64,000 nucleotides of DNA from Camelus dromedarius (Eukaryota), in contig NC_087436.1 in assembly GCF_036321535.1 (NCBI RefSeq), forward strand, positions 88,166,001 to 88,230,000, given 5' to 3'. This document shows, in pieces, positions 41,075-54,304 of the stretch. Numbering within the stretch: position 1 is the stretch's first letter; the number at the start of each line of letters is the position of its first letter. A model generated the notes under the pieces. It saw only the letters and a program-made list of their open reading frames with translations, was not told the origin of the DNA and did not search any database. Position numbers and translations under genes: made by a program.

Positions 41075-41149
41075 TTATTATGTATGTATGTATTTTATTT
41101 TTTAAACATTTTTATTGAGTTATAATCACTTTACAATGTTGTGTCAAAT
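41075..41149 (-). mobile_element. 75-bp L1 3'-end insertion in SLC10A4 intron 2
   Basis: tttttattgagttataatcactttacaatgttgtgtcaa; TSD tgagtgtgcctct / tgaatgtgcctct at 41062-41074 and 41150-41162. Confidence 0.75.
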
Positions 41150-41865
41150 TGAATGTGCCTCTAATGAGTTCTGGTTTTACACGAGATAAAAAGTTATTAA
41201 ATTTATGAAACTGAGTGTCATATTTTTAACCTGCAAAATACTTTATTATATCTCAGAGAATTGTTCACAATACAGAAACAATTACCAACTCTTAGATCTG
41301 GTAAGAGAAAAGAAAAAAATGTAAATATAAGATGTGAGAAATTCTTTGTAATTCCACAACTCCCTGCTTTTTCGTCTGTTCATGAGAAACCTCCCACTTG
41401 TAAGTCTCTAATGATGCTTAGGAATTATTATAGATAATAGATGGATTTTAGCTACAGAACAACTGACTGTATAAAGCACTGTGTCATCTTGATGTCTGAC
41501 CAGTACATTTCACTCATGCAAGACAGGCTTGTAAATAGCAAGGTGGAAACCTAAAAATTCCTCTCCTCGTTCTCCTTCAGATTAGTAGTTAGCTTTTTTT
41601 TTTTTTTTTTTTTAATGGGAGAGGGGGTTGGATGGGTGTTTTTGAAGGAGACTACAGACCCAGAAGAGTTTAAGAATTGTTTCTGGTTCCCTAGGTATCT
41701 AGGGGGAAACCCCTTTGGAGTCTGTGGGATTGGCATACACTTTATACTCAAAAAAATTAATCAAAATTTATCTGGGCTGGTCAAAAAGTCTACCCTAAAG
41801 GATGCTAAAATAAATATTATTTAAGGGACTCATGCTACAAATATACAATTGGCAGAAACCAAACC

Positions 41866-42004
41866 TTTTTTTAAAAAAATTTTTGGGGGGGGTAGGTAAT
41901 CAGATTTACTTATTTATTTATTTTTGGAAGAGGTGCTGGGGATTGAACCCAGGACCTTATACATGCTAAGCATGTACTCCATCACTTGAACCATATCCTC
42001 CCCC
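41866..42004 (-). mobile_element. Camelid-type SINE (long form)
   Basis: ctggggattgaacccaggacc...catgctaagcatg; same layout as 16240-16438. Confidence 0.88.
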
Positions 42005-43622
42005 TAAAACTTTTCTTATATTTAAGTTTCAAAGTGTGTTGACATCAAAAGCTTTGACAAGAAGTCGGATTCTTTGTTGTGAAAATATTGTCTCCAATGT
42101 TTCCTTTGAACTACCTTAAATCATATGGGTAAGAACTGACACTGAAAGCTCATTTTAAAGTGTATGCAAAAGTACAGAAATGTGAAGCAGATCTTAGTGT
42201 TCTGGTTAAGGAACAGGTTTGGCTTAAACTCAAAGTTAGCCAGTCTTATTGAATTATCTGTTATTTAAATATGTTTATCTGTTTTTAGTATGGAAATAGG
42301 TTATTAGATTGATTCTCTCTTCTCTTAGAATTCCTAGGGTTTTATAGTAAATGCCATTACATTAATAGTATTACCTTAATGACAAGCTTAGTAAGTTCTT
42401 AATGATCTCAAGATGATCTATAGATATATTATGTATAACATATAACAAATATGTATATTTACATGTACATATATATTTATTACATTCAGGCATATATATT
42501 TATTATAGAGCACAATTTTTTTACTCAACGCTGGATATACGTACAGAAAAGAATGCTCCATTTTTCATATTAATAAAAGTTAGGCTCTCTGTATGATCAG
42601 ATTACTTTAGAAAATAATATAAGTAAAACATAAAAGATTTTGTCTTCTTAAATCTAAATAATTAAAACACTAGAGTAACCCTTTTTCTCTTCAATGTCTG
42701 AAGGAATTTGCATGTACCTTTTACAGAAATTAGTTGTGTATTTTATTTAACTCCCTAAAACGAGAATCCTCTTCATAGTTTCCTCTTATTTACTACCATT
42801 TTTGAGTTCTCAAAGAAAGCCTGATTTACAAACATTTAACTTTTTTCTCCAATCAACTGTTACAAAATCTCTACTGCTACAAAAAGCATCTGTTTTTTTT
42901 AAAAACAATATTATAAATATTGCACAAAATAATAGAAAGCCTCATACTTTCACTAGCTTTAGAAACCATATGAAATATTGCAATAGGAAAAAAAAGACAC
43001 AAATTTAATAATGGCAATATATTCTGCATTATTTATGCAGGACCTAATTTTATTTTGTGCTTTGAAGCTAAAGTTTTGTGTATTCTATTATAATCCACAG
43101 TGTAATTTTGAAATTACTTTTGGTTTTATTAGTGTAAACTTATTTTTAGAAAATTAATAAAAACATTTTAAAGGAACCTCCTATAGAATTTCTCAGAGTT
43201 CCACTTTTAAAAAATAGAGTAATGCATTTCTAAAACACTACACAAATCCTCTTAAAATGATTTCATTTCATCTGCTTTGATTTTTAGTAATACATGATTT
43301 GTTAGTGGAAAAACGTGCCATTTAATTGCACTGTCACCTGTTTCCCTTCGTGACGTTTCCTCCTATGAGTCCTGAGAGTTCTCTTACGCTGTTTTTAATG
43401 AACCTGGTGTACTTAATCAAAGCTATTATTTTTGAAATTCCAAAAGATGGAATGAAAGTAATCTTTGTGACATAAACTTTTTTTTTTTAAAGTTTATCCA
43501 TGCAAGGGCTATACAGGCCTTTTCTTTCTTACCCCTTTTCCCCAAACTTCTTACCATTTCAGCCACAGGTCAGAGACCGAGGACTCTCTCTACATAGCAC
43601 ACAAGGGGAAGAATGACCTTAC

Positions 43623-43833
43623 CTTCACGATGTAGTCAGCCACCCGGTTGTATTTATAGCGAATGAAGACACCCAACCCGATAGGGATGAGGGTGCTGCA
43701 GAGAGTCAGGGTCACTGTCCCTATGGGCAGCAGCTGCACCAGGGGGGTGTTGATCCAAGCCCGGCTGTATATCCACAAGCACAGGGGCATCAAGACCAGG
43801 GCCAGGAGCGTGGAGGAGATGGTCATGATGATG
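43623..43833 (-). CDS. SLC10A4: SLC10A4 exon 2 (SIIMTISSTLLALVLMP...VADYIVK)
   Basis: ttctgcag| and AAG|gtaagg; 211 nt; phases match both neighbours. Confidence 0.97.
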
Positions 43834-44419
43834 CTGCAGAAAAGGGAATGTACAGAAGTCAGAATGAGCTTTGAGCCAAAGAGCCTTGCTTGCATACTGG
43901 GTAGAGGAGAAAGGGAGAGACTGCAAGTCCCCCGGCTTGAAGTCAGGGGAGAACCTGCTTCATTCCAGGGAGGTACCAAGAGAGCGGCATGTCTAAGCCC
44001 AACTGAAACAAGAACTTCCGGCAGGAGAAAAAATAAAACCTCAGGACTGCTGCCCTCTGCCTTATAAAGCCTACTGAGCTGGTTACAGTCTGATGATCTT
44101 GAGGGCAAGGAACGCTTTTGTTCTCTTTTTTAATCCTCCGAAGCACCCTGTTAGACACGGTAAAGCTGCCGAATACTACTTGTTGGATTGACCTCAGTCA
44201 TATTGTCTTATAGATAAGATTCCTTTCTTTACTGGAGCCAACAGTCCTATTTGGCTTCCCAGCTCCCTTTGTCTTCCATTGCCCGTTAGACCTGCCCTGA
44301 CAGCCCAGCACACAGGGAGGGTGGTGAGGGAACTGTGGTTGAAACCCCTAGACCCTCAGCGCGCCTCTGTCCCTGGCTAGATCTCCCTGCAACACCACCT
44401 CTTCATGTCTGCCTGGACT

Positions 44420-45480
44420 TGCAAAGCCCGCGCGTCCACGTCTTCTCCAGTTTCTTCTCCCCTCTTCTGCGCCTCAGTCTAACCGCCTCGCCCTCCCTTC
44501 TTGATCTTGAATCCACGGTCGTAAACGCGGTGGACCGGGATAAGAGATGTCTAGGGGACGGCCAGCTGCGTACCTGAGGTTCATGTCGCCGTCAACCAGC
44601 AGGGACATCAGGTTGGAGAGATTCCCGCCCGGACAGCAGCCGCACAGGAGCACGGCCACGGCGGCCACCCCGTCCAGGGAGAAGACGAGCGCCAGCAGGA
44701 AGGCCAGCAGCGGCAGGAAGCCGAACTGGCAGAGCGCGGCCAGCAGCGCGCCCACCGGCCGGCGGACGTGCGCCCCGAAGTGGTTCACGTCCACCGTGCA
44801 GCCCAGGCCCAGCATGGTGATGCACAGGGCGGCGCCCACGAACACGTTCAGCCCGTGGTTCAGCGGCGTGTCCCAGAACGGAGGCTCGTGGGCGGCCTCG
44901 GGCGAAGCGAACGTGGGAGAGCCCGGCCCGGGCCCACCGTTCGCGAAGCTGCCGGCCGTCGGCGCCGGGGTCGGAGTGGGGCCGGGGCTGAAACTGACGC
45001 CGGGGCCCGGCGTGACACTGAGCCCGGGGCTGGGGCCGGCGCTGGAGGCCGGCGCGAGGGGGGCGTCCGGGCCGGGGCTCAGGCTGCTGGCGTTGGGCGA
45101 CAGGGTGTAGTTGTCCGGCTGCAGAGAGGACAGGGCAAAGAGCAGGGTGGCATTGTCGGTGCCGTCCATGGCGCTGCCGGCCGGAGGCTGCGAGTCTGGC
45201 CCCTGCCCGCGCGGCGGATTTCTCTTCCCTCCTGCCGCGCGCGCCTCTCTCCGCTTTGGGTCGCCGGCCCCGCCGTCCGTCTGCCCGTCCGCAGCCGCTG
45301 AACTCGGCTGGGCTGCGAGCCTCCGCCGCGCGCCGCTGACGTCCGAGGCGGCTGCTCGGTCCTCGGCTGGGGGTCAGCCGACGCCCGCGGGCTGGCACTT
45401 AAGAAAGCGCAGCCCCCGAGGGTGAACCCAATCGCTGGGCCCCCGCGCCAGTAGGCCCCGCCCCCGCCTCCAAGTCCCCT
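44420..45480. promoter_or_regulatory. CpG island and promoter of SLC10A4
   Basis: CpG-dense; TGACGTC 45337-45343, CCAAT 45428-45432, GC box CCCCGCCCCC 45456-45465. Confidence 0.85.
44574..45169 (-). CDS. SLC10A4: Sodium/bile acid cotransporter family member 4, exon 1
   Basis: ATG at 45169 in gcgccATGG context; long Pro/Gly-rich N-terminus; SLC10 motif CGCCPGGNLSN; AG|gtacgc donor; 596 nt. Confidence 0.97.
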
Positions 45481-47539
45481 CCTTTTCATCACCAGTAAGT
45501 GGTTCTGTTAGAGTGTAGCCAGGGGCGGAACAAAGACCTGACAAAGGACCAGAAAAAGAAAAACCCGTGCTTGGCTGCTGATCAAGTTCTCTGATGGGCT
45601 CTGCCTCTTTTATAATGAAATCTGGAGACGCAGGCACTTGAGAGAGAGAAAAGCTTTCTCTGCGCACGCACATACATCCCGCACACTGTTCAAACAGCCT
45701 GCAGCCTGCAGCATCCGGAGGGGTGCCTGTTTTAATTGGAGGGGCTCTCTAACAGCAAGACGCAATATCGGCTTTAATTTACAGAGAATTTTTAAATAAC
45801 ATTTTTATGTTCGGACTTAAAGTAGTAATAATACTACTGGTGAGGTTTGAGCCAGGTCTTGAGAGCAACTGCTTGTGGCTTGTGCATTATTTCCTCTGAT
45901 TCTCACAGCGGAGCCGTGGGACAGAGACTGTTAGCTCGATTTTTATATATGAGGAATCTGAGGCACAGGGAAATCTCTGCTTCAAACCCACGAGTACTTG
46001 GCTGAACGTGATATGGTGTTAAGGCGTGTAAAGCGCTCTACTAAGAAAAGTCTCCATGAAAAATGTGTATTTTGGAAGTTATTGGCAGACGGGGAGAGGA
46101 TATTCCAGTGGCCACAGATTTATGAAGTGTTTTAAGTATAGAACTGGGGTTAGGATTAAAGGACTGAAAGAAATAAAGTGGTGAGAGTCCCTGCTTCAAG
46201 ACAGCCTTATCCCCCAACAAATCAAATGCAGAGTTTTTGGGTATGTTGACTCAACAACTTTAAATCAGTCACTAGATGCATCTACAAAGGAAAGGGACCT
46301 CTCTGCCTACCAAGGAGACAGAGCCACTGCAGAAGGCATCTGGCCGTCTGGAGTGACCATAGTCATAGCCAGTTGAGCTGTAAAAGCCAACAGTGGGAAT
46401 TTCTAGGCTGAAGTCTTAGCCCAGGGTTAGTCCGTGTGGAGCCAAGATCCTAGAGTGAATTCTTCCTCCTGGAAACTTGTCCCTACCCCCTTTTGTGACA
46501 CTAGAGGAGACTAGGTGACTTCCATTTCCCAATGGTGAACTGAGCTTGCATGTTTATCTTTTCTCCTCCCCAAATCTCATGAAAATGATTGAGAATATGA
46601 AGAATAGGACTAAATTCACAGCACATTGCATTCTTAATCACAAATAATTGGTATCTTCTCCACTAGACCATAAAGTCCATCAGGGCAGTGCTTCTACAAG
46701 CATTTAGGAAAATAATATGTCCTCATACTTTCCAAAACAGTAAACCCAAGAAAACAATGCAGTAATATCTGTAGAGCTTTGAAAGAAGTGGGATGTGACC
46801 AAAAATATTCCACATTTTCATTTAGGCTTATGGAACCAAAAGCAAGATATGCAGATAAACAATGGAAAAGGCTACTCAAATACTTCGGTTAAATGAGTAT
46901 ACCCAGGGAAGTCACGTGGAGAAACAGACGAGATAAGGAGGAGGCACTGTGGAACCTTTACATTCAGCTCAGGATGAGATAAGCCAAGAACACAAATGGC
47001 AGAGGATGAGCTGAAGCCCAACTCTGCAGGCACCACTCCGATTTGCCCCCTCCTATGTTAATGATATTAAAATCCACAATCAAATTAAATAGGCAGTAAT
47101 TAGAGGCAGGCCGACTCATCCGACTCACTCCTCTTGGGGCTTTGGAAAGGATATGGGCAGCGATTGGTGCAGTGGGTGAAGAGTGAAAAGCCGAAAGAGA
47201 TGGGCTTGGGCTGTAAATCAGCAGGGTCATGCTAACCTGTAGCCTCAAGGACTTCTTGGGGCTTGTACACCTGTTGTCTCTTCTGCTGGTGTGGTTATTG
47301 TTGATGTAAAGAAATCAGATGTTCTTGCCTCCCCTCTTCTTTCTGATCTCCTTGACTTTTTAGGGGAAAACCCCAGGATTAGGAAACAGAGCTCATTCTC
47401 CAGGTGTGGGGATGTTGGCAAGCTGGTGTGGGTCACTAGTCTTCCTCCATTGCCTCGCCTTTACTCTTGCTTCCACCAATGACAATTTGGCCCACCCAGA
47501 GGGGAGAAAATACATAGAAGGGAAAGACAATACAGATGG

Positions 47540-48240
47540 AAAATGTGCCATTTTGGGGAAAATAAATTTAGAGGCTTCTTGCACACCATACACCAAAACT
47601 AATTCCAGGTGGATTAAAGAGATGATGATGATGATGATGATGACGATGATGATGATGCAGCAGCAATAAAATACTGGAGAAAAATATTAGCTAGTATTTA
47701 TCTCATCTTTGGACAGGAAAATCTTCCTAAGCAAAAAAGTAACAGAAAAAAAATCATAATGGGAAGCTCAGGAGATATGGCTACATAAACATTTTAAACT
47801 TTGGAACAGTAAAAAAGAGCATTAAAAATTAAAAGCAAATTACAAAATAAGAAAAAATATTTACAACATATATAAAACCAAGAGCTAATATCGTTAGTTT
47901 ATAAAACAGTTTTACAAATTAACAAGGACAAACATGGAAAAAAAAGGCAAAAGATGTGACTAGACACACCAGATCACAAAAGAGGAATGACCAAAGAAAT
48001 TAAATTGAAGCAATTAGATGTCATTTTTCCACTGTGGGAGAAGACTGAAATAAATGATGGTACAGTATGATGGCAAGGATACTATCAACTGGGCAGCCTC
48101 TCATCCTGCTCGTGGTGTAGACTTTCTAGAAGAAAACCAGGTAGTAGATGACAGTAGTCCTAAAAATGTGCTTCTCCTTTGACCCAGTAATTCTATTTCT
48201 AGCTCTTTATCCTAAGGAAACAATCAGGGAATTAAAAAAA
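47540..48240 (+). mobile_element. Ancient L1 (L1ME-like) ORF2 remnant
   Basis: cacaccatacaccaaaactaattccaggtggattaaaga...tttgacccagtaattctatttctag. Confidence 0.7.
47621..47656 (+). repeat. (GAT)7 GAC (GAT)4 trinucleotide repeat
   Basis: Read directly from the sequence. Confidence 0.95.
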
Positions 48241-49264
48241 GAGAGAGAGAGAGTGCTACATTGAGTGCTTATGTACAGGACAATCTACTAAGCTTTTAAT
48301 CATGGACCATCTCATTTCACCTTTATATAGGCTTATTGAGCTTAGAAATTCACCAAGTCACCCCCAGGTAGGTTTAGAGCCAGGCTTTGAACCCAAGCTT
48401 TTGGATCCCAAAACCTGCCCTCCTAAACTGGATGTGATATAGTTAAACTAAACACGAGTGTACTAATACAAGAGACTGCTTGGCAGATGCCAACATGTTC
48501 ACAATCAGAATTCCTGATGTGGAGTCCATGGATGAACCCCCTGAAATAATGTATCAACTTTTCTGTATATGTACATTTCTTCCCCTGAAATGTGACTACA
48601 TGACTCTTTTCAAGTTCCTAAGAAGATCCATGACCCATTTAGAGGAATATTTAATGACAAGGGAGAAATTCTTGTGACACAATCTTAAGTGATAAAACAA
48701 TTTAGAAAGCTATAAACACATATACGCATATACTTATATTCTAGTAAATATATTAAATATATTTATGTAAATTTAGAGGGAATTTCTTCAATGTGTATTA
48801 TCTGAGAGGTAGTACTAAAAGTAATTTTTATTTCCTTCCTTGTGTTTTACTGTGTTTTCCAAGTTTCTGCCATAGATATATTTTATAATCAGAAAAATAT
48901 AAATGTTATTTTCGTAAGTATAAAATCCAGAGGCAAAATACATTCCACAAGTATCAAAGGGTAAATCATCTAATCAATCCATAAGCCATAGGTTGATAGA
49001 AAAAAATAGACAAAAGACACACTTTACAATAAACAACTTATATTCTATTTATTAAATAGGAAAAGTTTTACTTCACTAATAGTTAAACACAAAATATGAA
49101 ACTTCAAAAAAGTCAAATATAATCTCAAAGGGACAACACTTAATGGTGGAAATGCAGTAAAAGAAGCAGTCAAACACCTTCAGTGGTGGTGGGGTACTTG
49201 ACACAACTTCTGAGGAAAGCAATTTGATAATACAATCTTGCTGGACACTTTTTTAAAAAATTAC

Positions 49265-49750
49265 GATTATTGCAATCAAAGTGCCAGAAATCCTAACTCA
49301 AATTGGTTTAAGCCAAAAGGGGAGTTTAGTGACTCATGAGAATGAAAAATCTCCTGGTGTGGCTGGCTCCTGGGTTAAAATGAGGACTGGGTTTCTGTCC
49401 ACTTCTCAGCTTTGCTTTCTTCTATGTCATCTTCATTTTCACGTTCACTTTCCCCCTAAGGGGGGCCAAACAAGTCCAGAAATATCCATCAGCTTAGAAC
49501 CACCCATGGAAAGAGAATGCTTACTTCCCAGTAATCTTCATAAAAGTCCTGGGAAGAATCTGACCCAGGCAGGGGAACTGTGCCCATCCTCAGCCAGTCA
49601 CTGTAGCCACAGGATGGAATACTCTCCCTCGAGCTTGATGGTCTTCCCTACTCAGGACCCACAGACTCAGATTTGGGCAAGGGATTCTGCAGTTACAGTG
49701 GGTGCTGTTAACAGAAGAAGGAAAAGTGGATGTCAGGCAGGTAGAAACAA
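49265..49750. mobile_element. Old MaLR LTR remnant (MLT1J/K-like)
   Basis: cagaaatcctaactcaaattggtttaagccaaaaggggagttta...gactcatg is typical of the family. Confidence 0.55.
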
Positions 49751-50544
49751 TTAAGGTACTCACTCTGCTGACTTGGAGAAATCACCTGAATTGCAGACAA
49801 TTTATGCATGAAGCTAAAATAAGACTGTAGCAACAGAAAAAAAAAAACAGAAATAACCTAAATATCCAGCAATATGCAAGTTGAGTAAATCATGCTTTAT
49901 TCATATAACGGAATAGTATACAACAATTAAAAAGCTTAATAATCTGATGTGAAGAAAATAAATTCTATAGCAGGGTGTATAGTTTGGCCCCAATTTTTTA
50001 AAAAATATTTATAGACTTTCATTCAAAAAGATTAGACCAATATGTACAAAATACATTGAATGAGGGATGATTTTTGTATTCTTGTATTTGCTTTATCTTG
50101 TATTTGCTTTATCACTCTCAACACCACCACCCCCTCAAAGAAACTGAAACTGCCAAACAAGTATATTGAGTATATAGTAATTAACTGTGTTCTAAGTAAT
50201 AAAATAGGTAAGTTTTCTAAATTCATTGAAGCAACTTGAATTACAATAGTGTTTGGCCACTTTTTTTGAAAGGAATCGGGAAGACTTTTTTTTAATGGAA
50301 TCAAACAGGAGAGTTGATTGGAATGTTCTTCTCAGCTGCTTTGTATCTAAAAGCAACATGGCCCGATGATTATGCCTGATTTATTTAATTAAGCCTACTT
50401 TTCAGGATAAATGTCAATTTCTAACAGCATTAATTATACTTCAGTAACTAATGACAGATGTAACCAGGGACTATCTTCTGTCCAAAACAGCGTGCCACAC
50501 TTAAAATGCTGATCTGCAATAAATATTTCCCCACCTTTCCAAAG

Positions 50545-50931
50545 CAGAGGTTCCTATGAAACCTTTGATAAACCAAAATGGCACAAAGCAAAGAAGCAAT
50601 TGCCTTAGCTCACATCTTGCTAACGGATGCACAGAAGCATCTGAGATAAAGCACAGATGCTCAGACACAGTTCAAAGCTATGGTGACTTAATGCTCAGAT
50701 GCTGAGTGTAGTTCCAAGGGAAGGAGCTTGGTGGTGCCACTCTCACCGCTTGGAGAGCATGTTGCCTCTATAAGGGCTGCTGCAAAACTAATACTCTTTC
50801 CACTTTTCATCTCTTGTAAAAGTGAAAATCGCCTTTGAATTTCTTTCAGTTAGCGAAAGATACTAACATGTAGGTCTTCTGTAAAAGTGAAGTGGTGTAA
50901 AGTGAACTCTGCAAAAAATGGGGGATACCTG
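50545..50931 (-). mobile_element. TcMar-Tigger-like DNA transposon remnant
   Basis: Ends ggggatacctg followed by a TA target; gtaaaagtgaagtggtgtaaagtgaac subterminal motif. Confidence 0.55.
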
Positions 50932-51093
50932 TATTACTATTACATTTATGTAACTGGCATGAAAGTCTGAATATTTTAAGCCTGGGAGGGCCTGCCTGGA
51001 TTGTCACTCCAGGCACAATAAAACTTGCTCAGGAATGTCTGGGTAGCCTGGTGGACCCAGCAGGCAGAGGTCATGTCTGTGGAAGACTTACTG

Positions 51094-51180
51094 GTAGAGT
51101 TGCCAGATATACCAAATAAAAATACAGGATGCCCAGTCAAATTTGAATTTCAAATAAACAATAGTAAGGTTTTTAGGATA
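51094..51180. mobile_element. MER53-like hAT MITE fragment
   Basis: tagagttgccagat...aaataaaaatacaggatgcccagtcaaatttgaatttcaaataaacaa. Confidence 0.7.
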
Positions 51181-51822
51181 AAGACGTCAAATATTTCATC
51201 AGGCAACCTTAGCTGGAGAAAGAGGATGGTTAGAAAACTAAAATGGAATGGGGGCCTCTAGGGCTAAGAGCCGTTAGGAAGCAACCCCCAGATCGCAGGG
51301 AACATCCAGTTGGGTAAAGGGGAGGTGCACAAAATAAGCAGTTGTTATAAATATTAATCTATCATCAAGGTACAACCAGCTTCCCGTGCCTCGCAGTGAT
51401 CTCACTGTTACTGAACAGCTAGAGCGGCTTATGACTAACCTAGCTCCTGTGCTGAAAGGATCTTGGTGTCTCAACTTTGGTTTGTGTGCAGCTGTTGCTT
51501 CCAAACCTCCTGCTACATTATTCGAGGCTTTGATTCCTTGTGTCCTTGCCTGACTTTTTCCAGCCTATACCCCTGGCTCTGATAACACGTCAGATCTCAT
51601 TCAACAGTCATCTTTGTAAAAATACCATCTCATCTGCTCTCCAATCACGTGATTCGATGTGCACTTCCTGGTCCCTACAAAAGGCATCAGTTGAGATGTG
51701 ATTTAATCCAGGTCCTCTTCGTGTTATCTCAAAGTCTGCACCAGAGGAGCCTTCAGCATTCCGCTCACCTCCTCAGTGATTTAACAATAAGGGTTTGCTT
51801 TGCATAAGAAGATTATTTTCTT

Positions 51823-51965
51823 TTTTCACTTTGGGTCTTTTTTTTTCTGGGATTGGGTAGGTACTTAGGTTTATTTATTTATTTTGATGGCAGTGCTGGG
51901 GACTGAACCCAGGACCTCGTGTTTGCTAAGCATGTGCTCTACCACTGAGCTACACCCTCCTCCAC
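51823..51965 (-). mobile_element. Camelid-type SINE with 17-bp TSD
   Basis: TSD aagaagattattttctt at 51806-51822 and 51966-51982; tRNA-like head on the - strand. Confidence 0.9.
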
Positions 51966-53379
51966 AAGAAGATTATTTTCTTCTTTTCTCTGCTAATCTC
52001 CTGTTCTTTAACAAGTCCTATCCCTGTTTTCACCTATTCTTTAACTTTCTTATCACTGTCAACTAACTTGAAAGGTGAGAAGTCTGTTGCTTTCCTGAGG
52101 TCCTAATATTTCAACGTGTTTTGGGTGCATGAAAGGCTTTCCTGGGGACTTCACATGGTGAACTTTGTACGACATAAAGGCTTGTATCTGGAGGCCCTTG
52201 TCATCTGATAAACTGAAAAGAAATAATCAATATCCAGAAAGCTCTAGCAGGATATTAAACTGAGAATTTATTTGAACTAAACATGAAAAAACTCCAGTGA
52301 TATTTTTCAAGGCTCCCAACTGAAAGGTTACCTCTTGTTCAGTAACCAGACAACACAATAAATAGCAAAAGTGAGATTTTTTTTAAAGTCTTAAATACCA
52401 CTACCATTAAATACCACTAATTAGTTTGAATTTGGGTTTAAAAATTTTTTTTATCATCATTCCATACAAAGTAGAAAAAACAGGAACATTTTTGAATTCA
52501 GGAAGTGTTATTTGGAAACATTCTTTGAGGCTGGATTTCTCTTGGAATAATTTAAAGTGTCTTCCCCATTGTACAAGAAGCAAATCATCAAAACATCCTC
52601 TCACTCCCTCATTTAACCTTGGTAAGTAATGATATGTGCTGGCAGATTAACAATGAACGCTGGTTTCATACGATCCTAAGAAAAGATGGAGATCTGTTAA
52701 TAATTCTATATTTCATATGTTCTTTTCTTATTCTCAATACTGAATTAGTCTTCCCATCAAATAGATCTGAGAATTATCACCCATGCCTGCTGCTTTCCAG
52801 TATCTGTCATTACTTCCCCTCGCCCTACTTTGTCTAGAATATTGACTGGGGGAGAGTGGGTAAGGTCACTGCTTTCCCCACAACCACTTCTGCAAAATCG
52901 TTCTGAGAGGACTTATGGGGGCTGAGATGGGGGGGATTAAAAATTGGTACTAGTATTTTTATCATACTTGTTCAGACCTGCTCTTAACTTTGACTTTGTC
53001 AAATATAAATGAGTTTTCAAAAAATCTGATATTTGGAATATATATGACAATATATGTATATATACATGTGTATGATTTCTATATGTAAATTGTGTATACA
53101 CATATATGCTTTCTTCTATGACTCTAGACCCTTTAGAGTTGTCTATAAGTAGTAGACATAGATTCCTAACATCTCAGAGTTCTTTTTGTAATGTTATATT
53201 ATAACAACTCAGTTCAACAACTGTGTATTCATCTCCTAACCTTTTTCAAGATGACAGAGGTGAATACATGAGCTGCCTTATGTTCCCAAGGACCTGGCTG
53301 CTCCATCTCAGTACACAACTAACTGCAATACAAGGCACATTACGATGAACTCTATACATCCAGGTTCACATGGAGGTGG

Positions 53380-54060
53380 TAGTAATTAAGTCTGGTTGGG
53401 AGTCTAAGCCTCACTAACCAGCGAGTCCTAGATTTCCACGTGTGAATGAAGGCAAGGACATTCCAGAGAAGAAGAGCTTAAACAAAGTCCTGGGAGTATG
53501 CTACTTCCACCGAGGGACAGAGAGTCTATGCAAAGTGTCAAGGACAGGAAACTGGATGTGGAAAGGTGGGTAGGAGAGATAAATTATGTAGGACCTTTAT
53601 GGCCAAGCAAAGATCTTGAACTTTATTTTGCAGACAGCAGAAAGTCAGATAGGTTTTCTATGCAGGGAAATGACATCCAGATTCAAGACTCAGAAAGACA
53701 ATTCCAGAAGCTTAGGGTAAACGGACAGGAGCAGGCATAAAGAACAGTGAGAGAGTCAAGCCAGGAGGCTATAAGGATAACGCCAATGGAACACAATGGC
53801 AGCCTGGCCTGGAGAATAAGCAAGGACACTGAGAAAAGATACAGTTGTGGTGAAGGAGAGAGAGGACTCAAAGCAAAATTGGATTCTATTTGGAAGACTG
53901 GGTGGATGGTAATATTATTAGCTGAGCTACAGAACATAGGCATAGTAGCAAGTTTGAGAGTCAGGTTTTAGATATGTTGGGTATAGGATGTTTGGAACAT
54001 CTGGGTGGAGTCTAATATGCAAGTGAACTTCCATTCTGTAGCCTAGGACAGAGAACTGGG
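53380..54060 (-). mobile_element. L2 LINE remnant
   Basis: Purine-rich decayed L2 body (acattccagagaagaagagc...agatcttgaactttattttg). Confidence 0.5.
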
Positions 54061-54304
54061 AACAGATGTAAATTAGCAGGCAGACTACGGCAATTTTTAT
54101 ACCTACCTCCACTTTCTGATAATATGATTGATTCAGGAAGCTGAAAATCCTTCTTTTACAAAAAATACCCAGACATGCTGCATAAAAGATAACAAACATC
54201 TTTTTAAAGGCACAGACAAGTCCACCACAGAGTAATGGAAAACCTCCAAATACATCTAACAGGCATTCCAGAAGGGCTTAATGAGGGCTGGAGTTGAGAG
54301 TGTA

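Noticed and set aside
44547..45492. Overlapping ORFs of up to 268 aa around SLC10A4 exon 1
   Set aside because: Shadow and alternative frames of a CpG island; no independent coding evidence.
49281..49754. 157-aa ORF
   Set aside because: Non-ATG start and coincident with an old MaLR LTR remnant.
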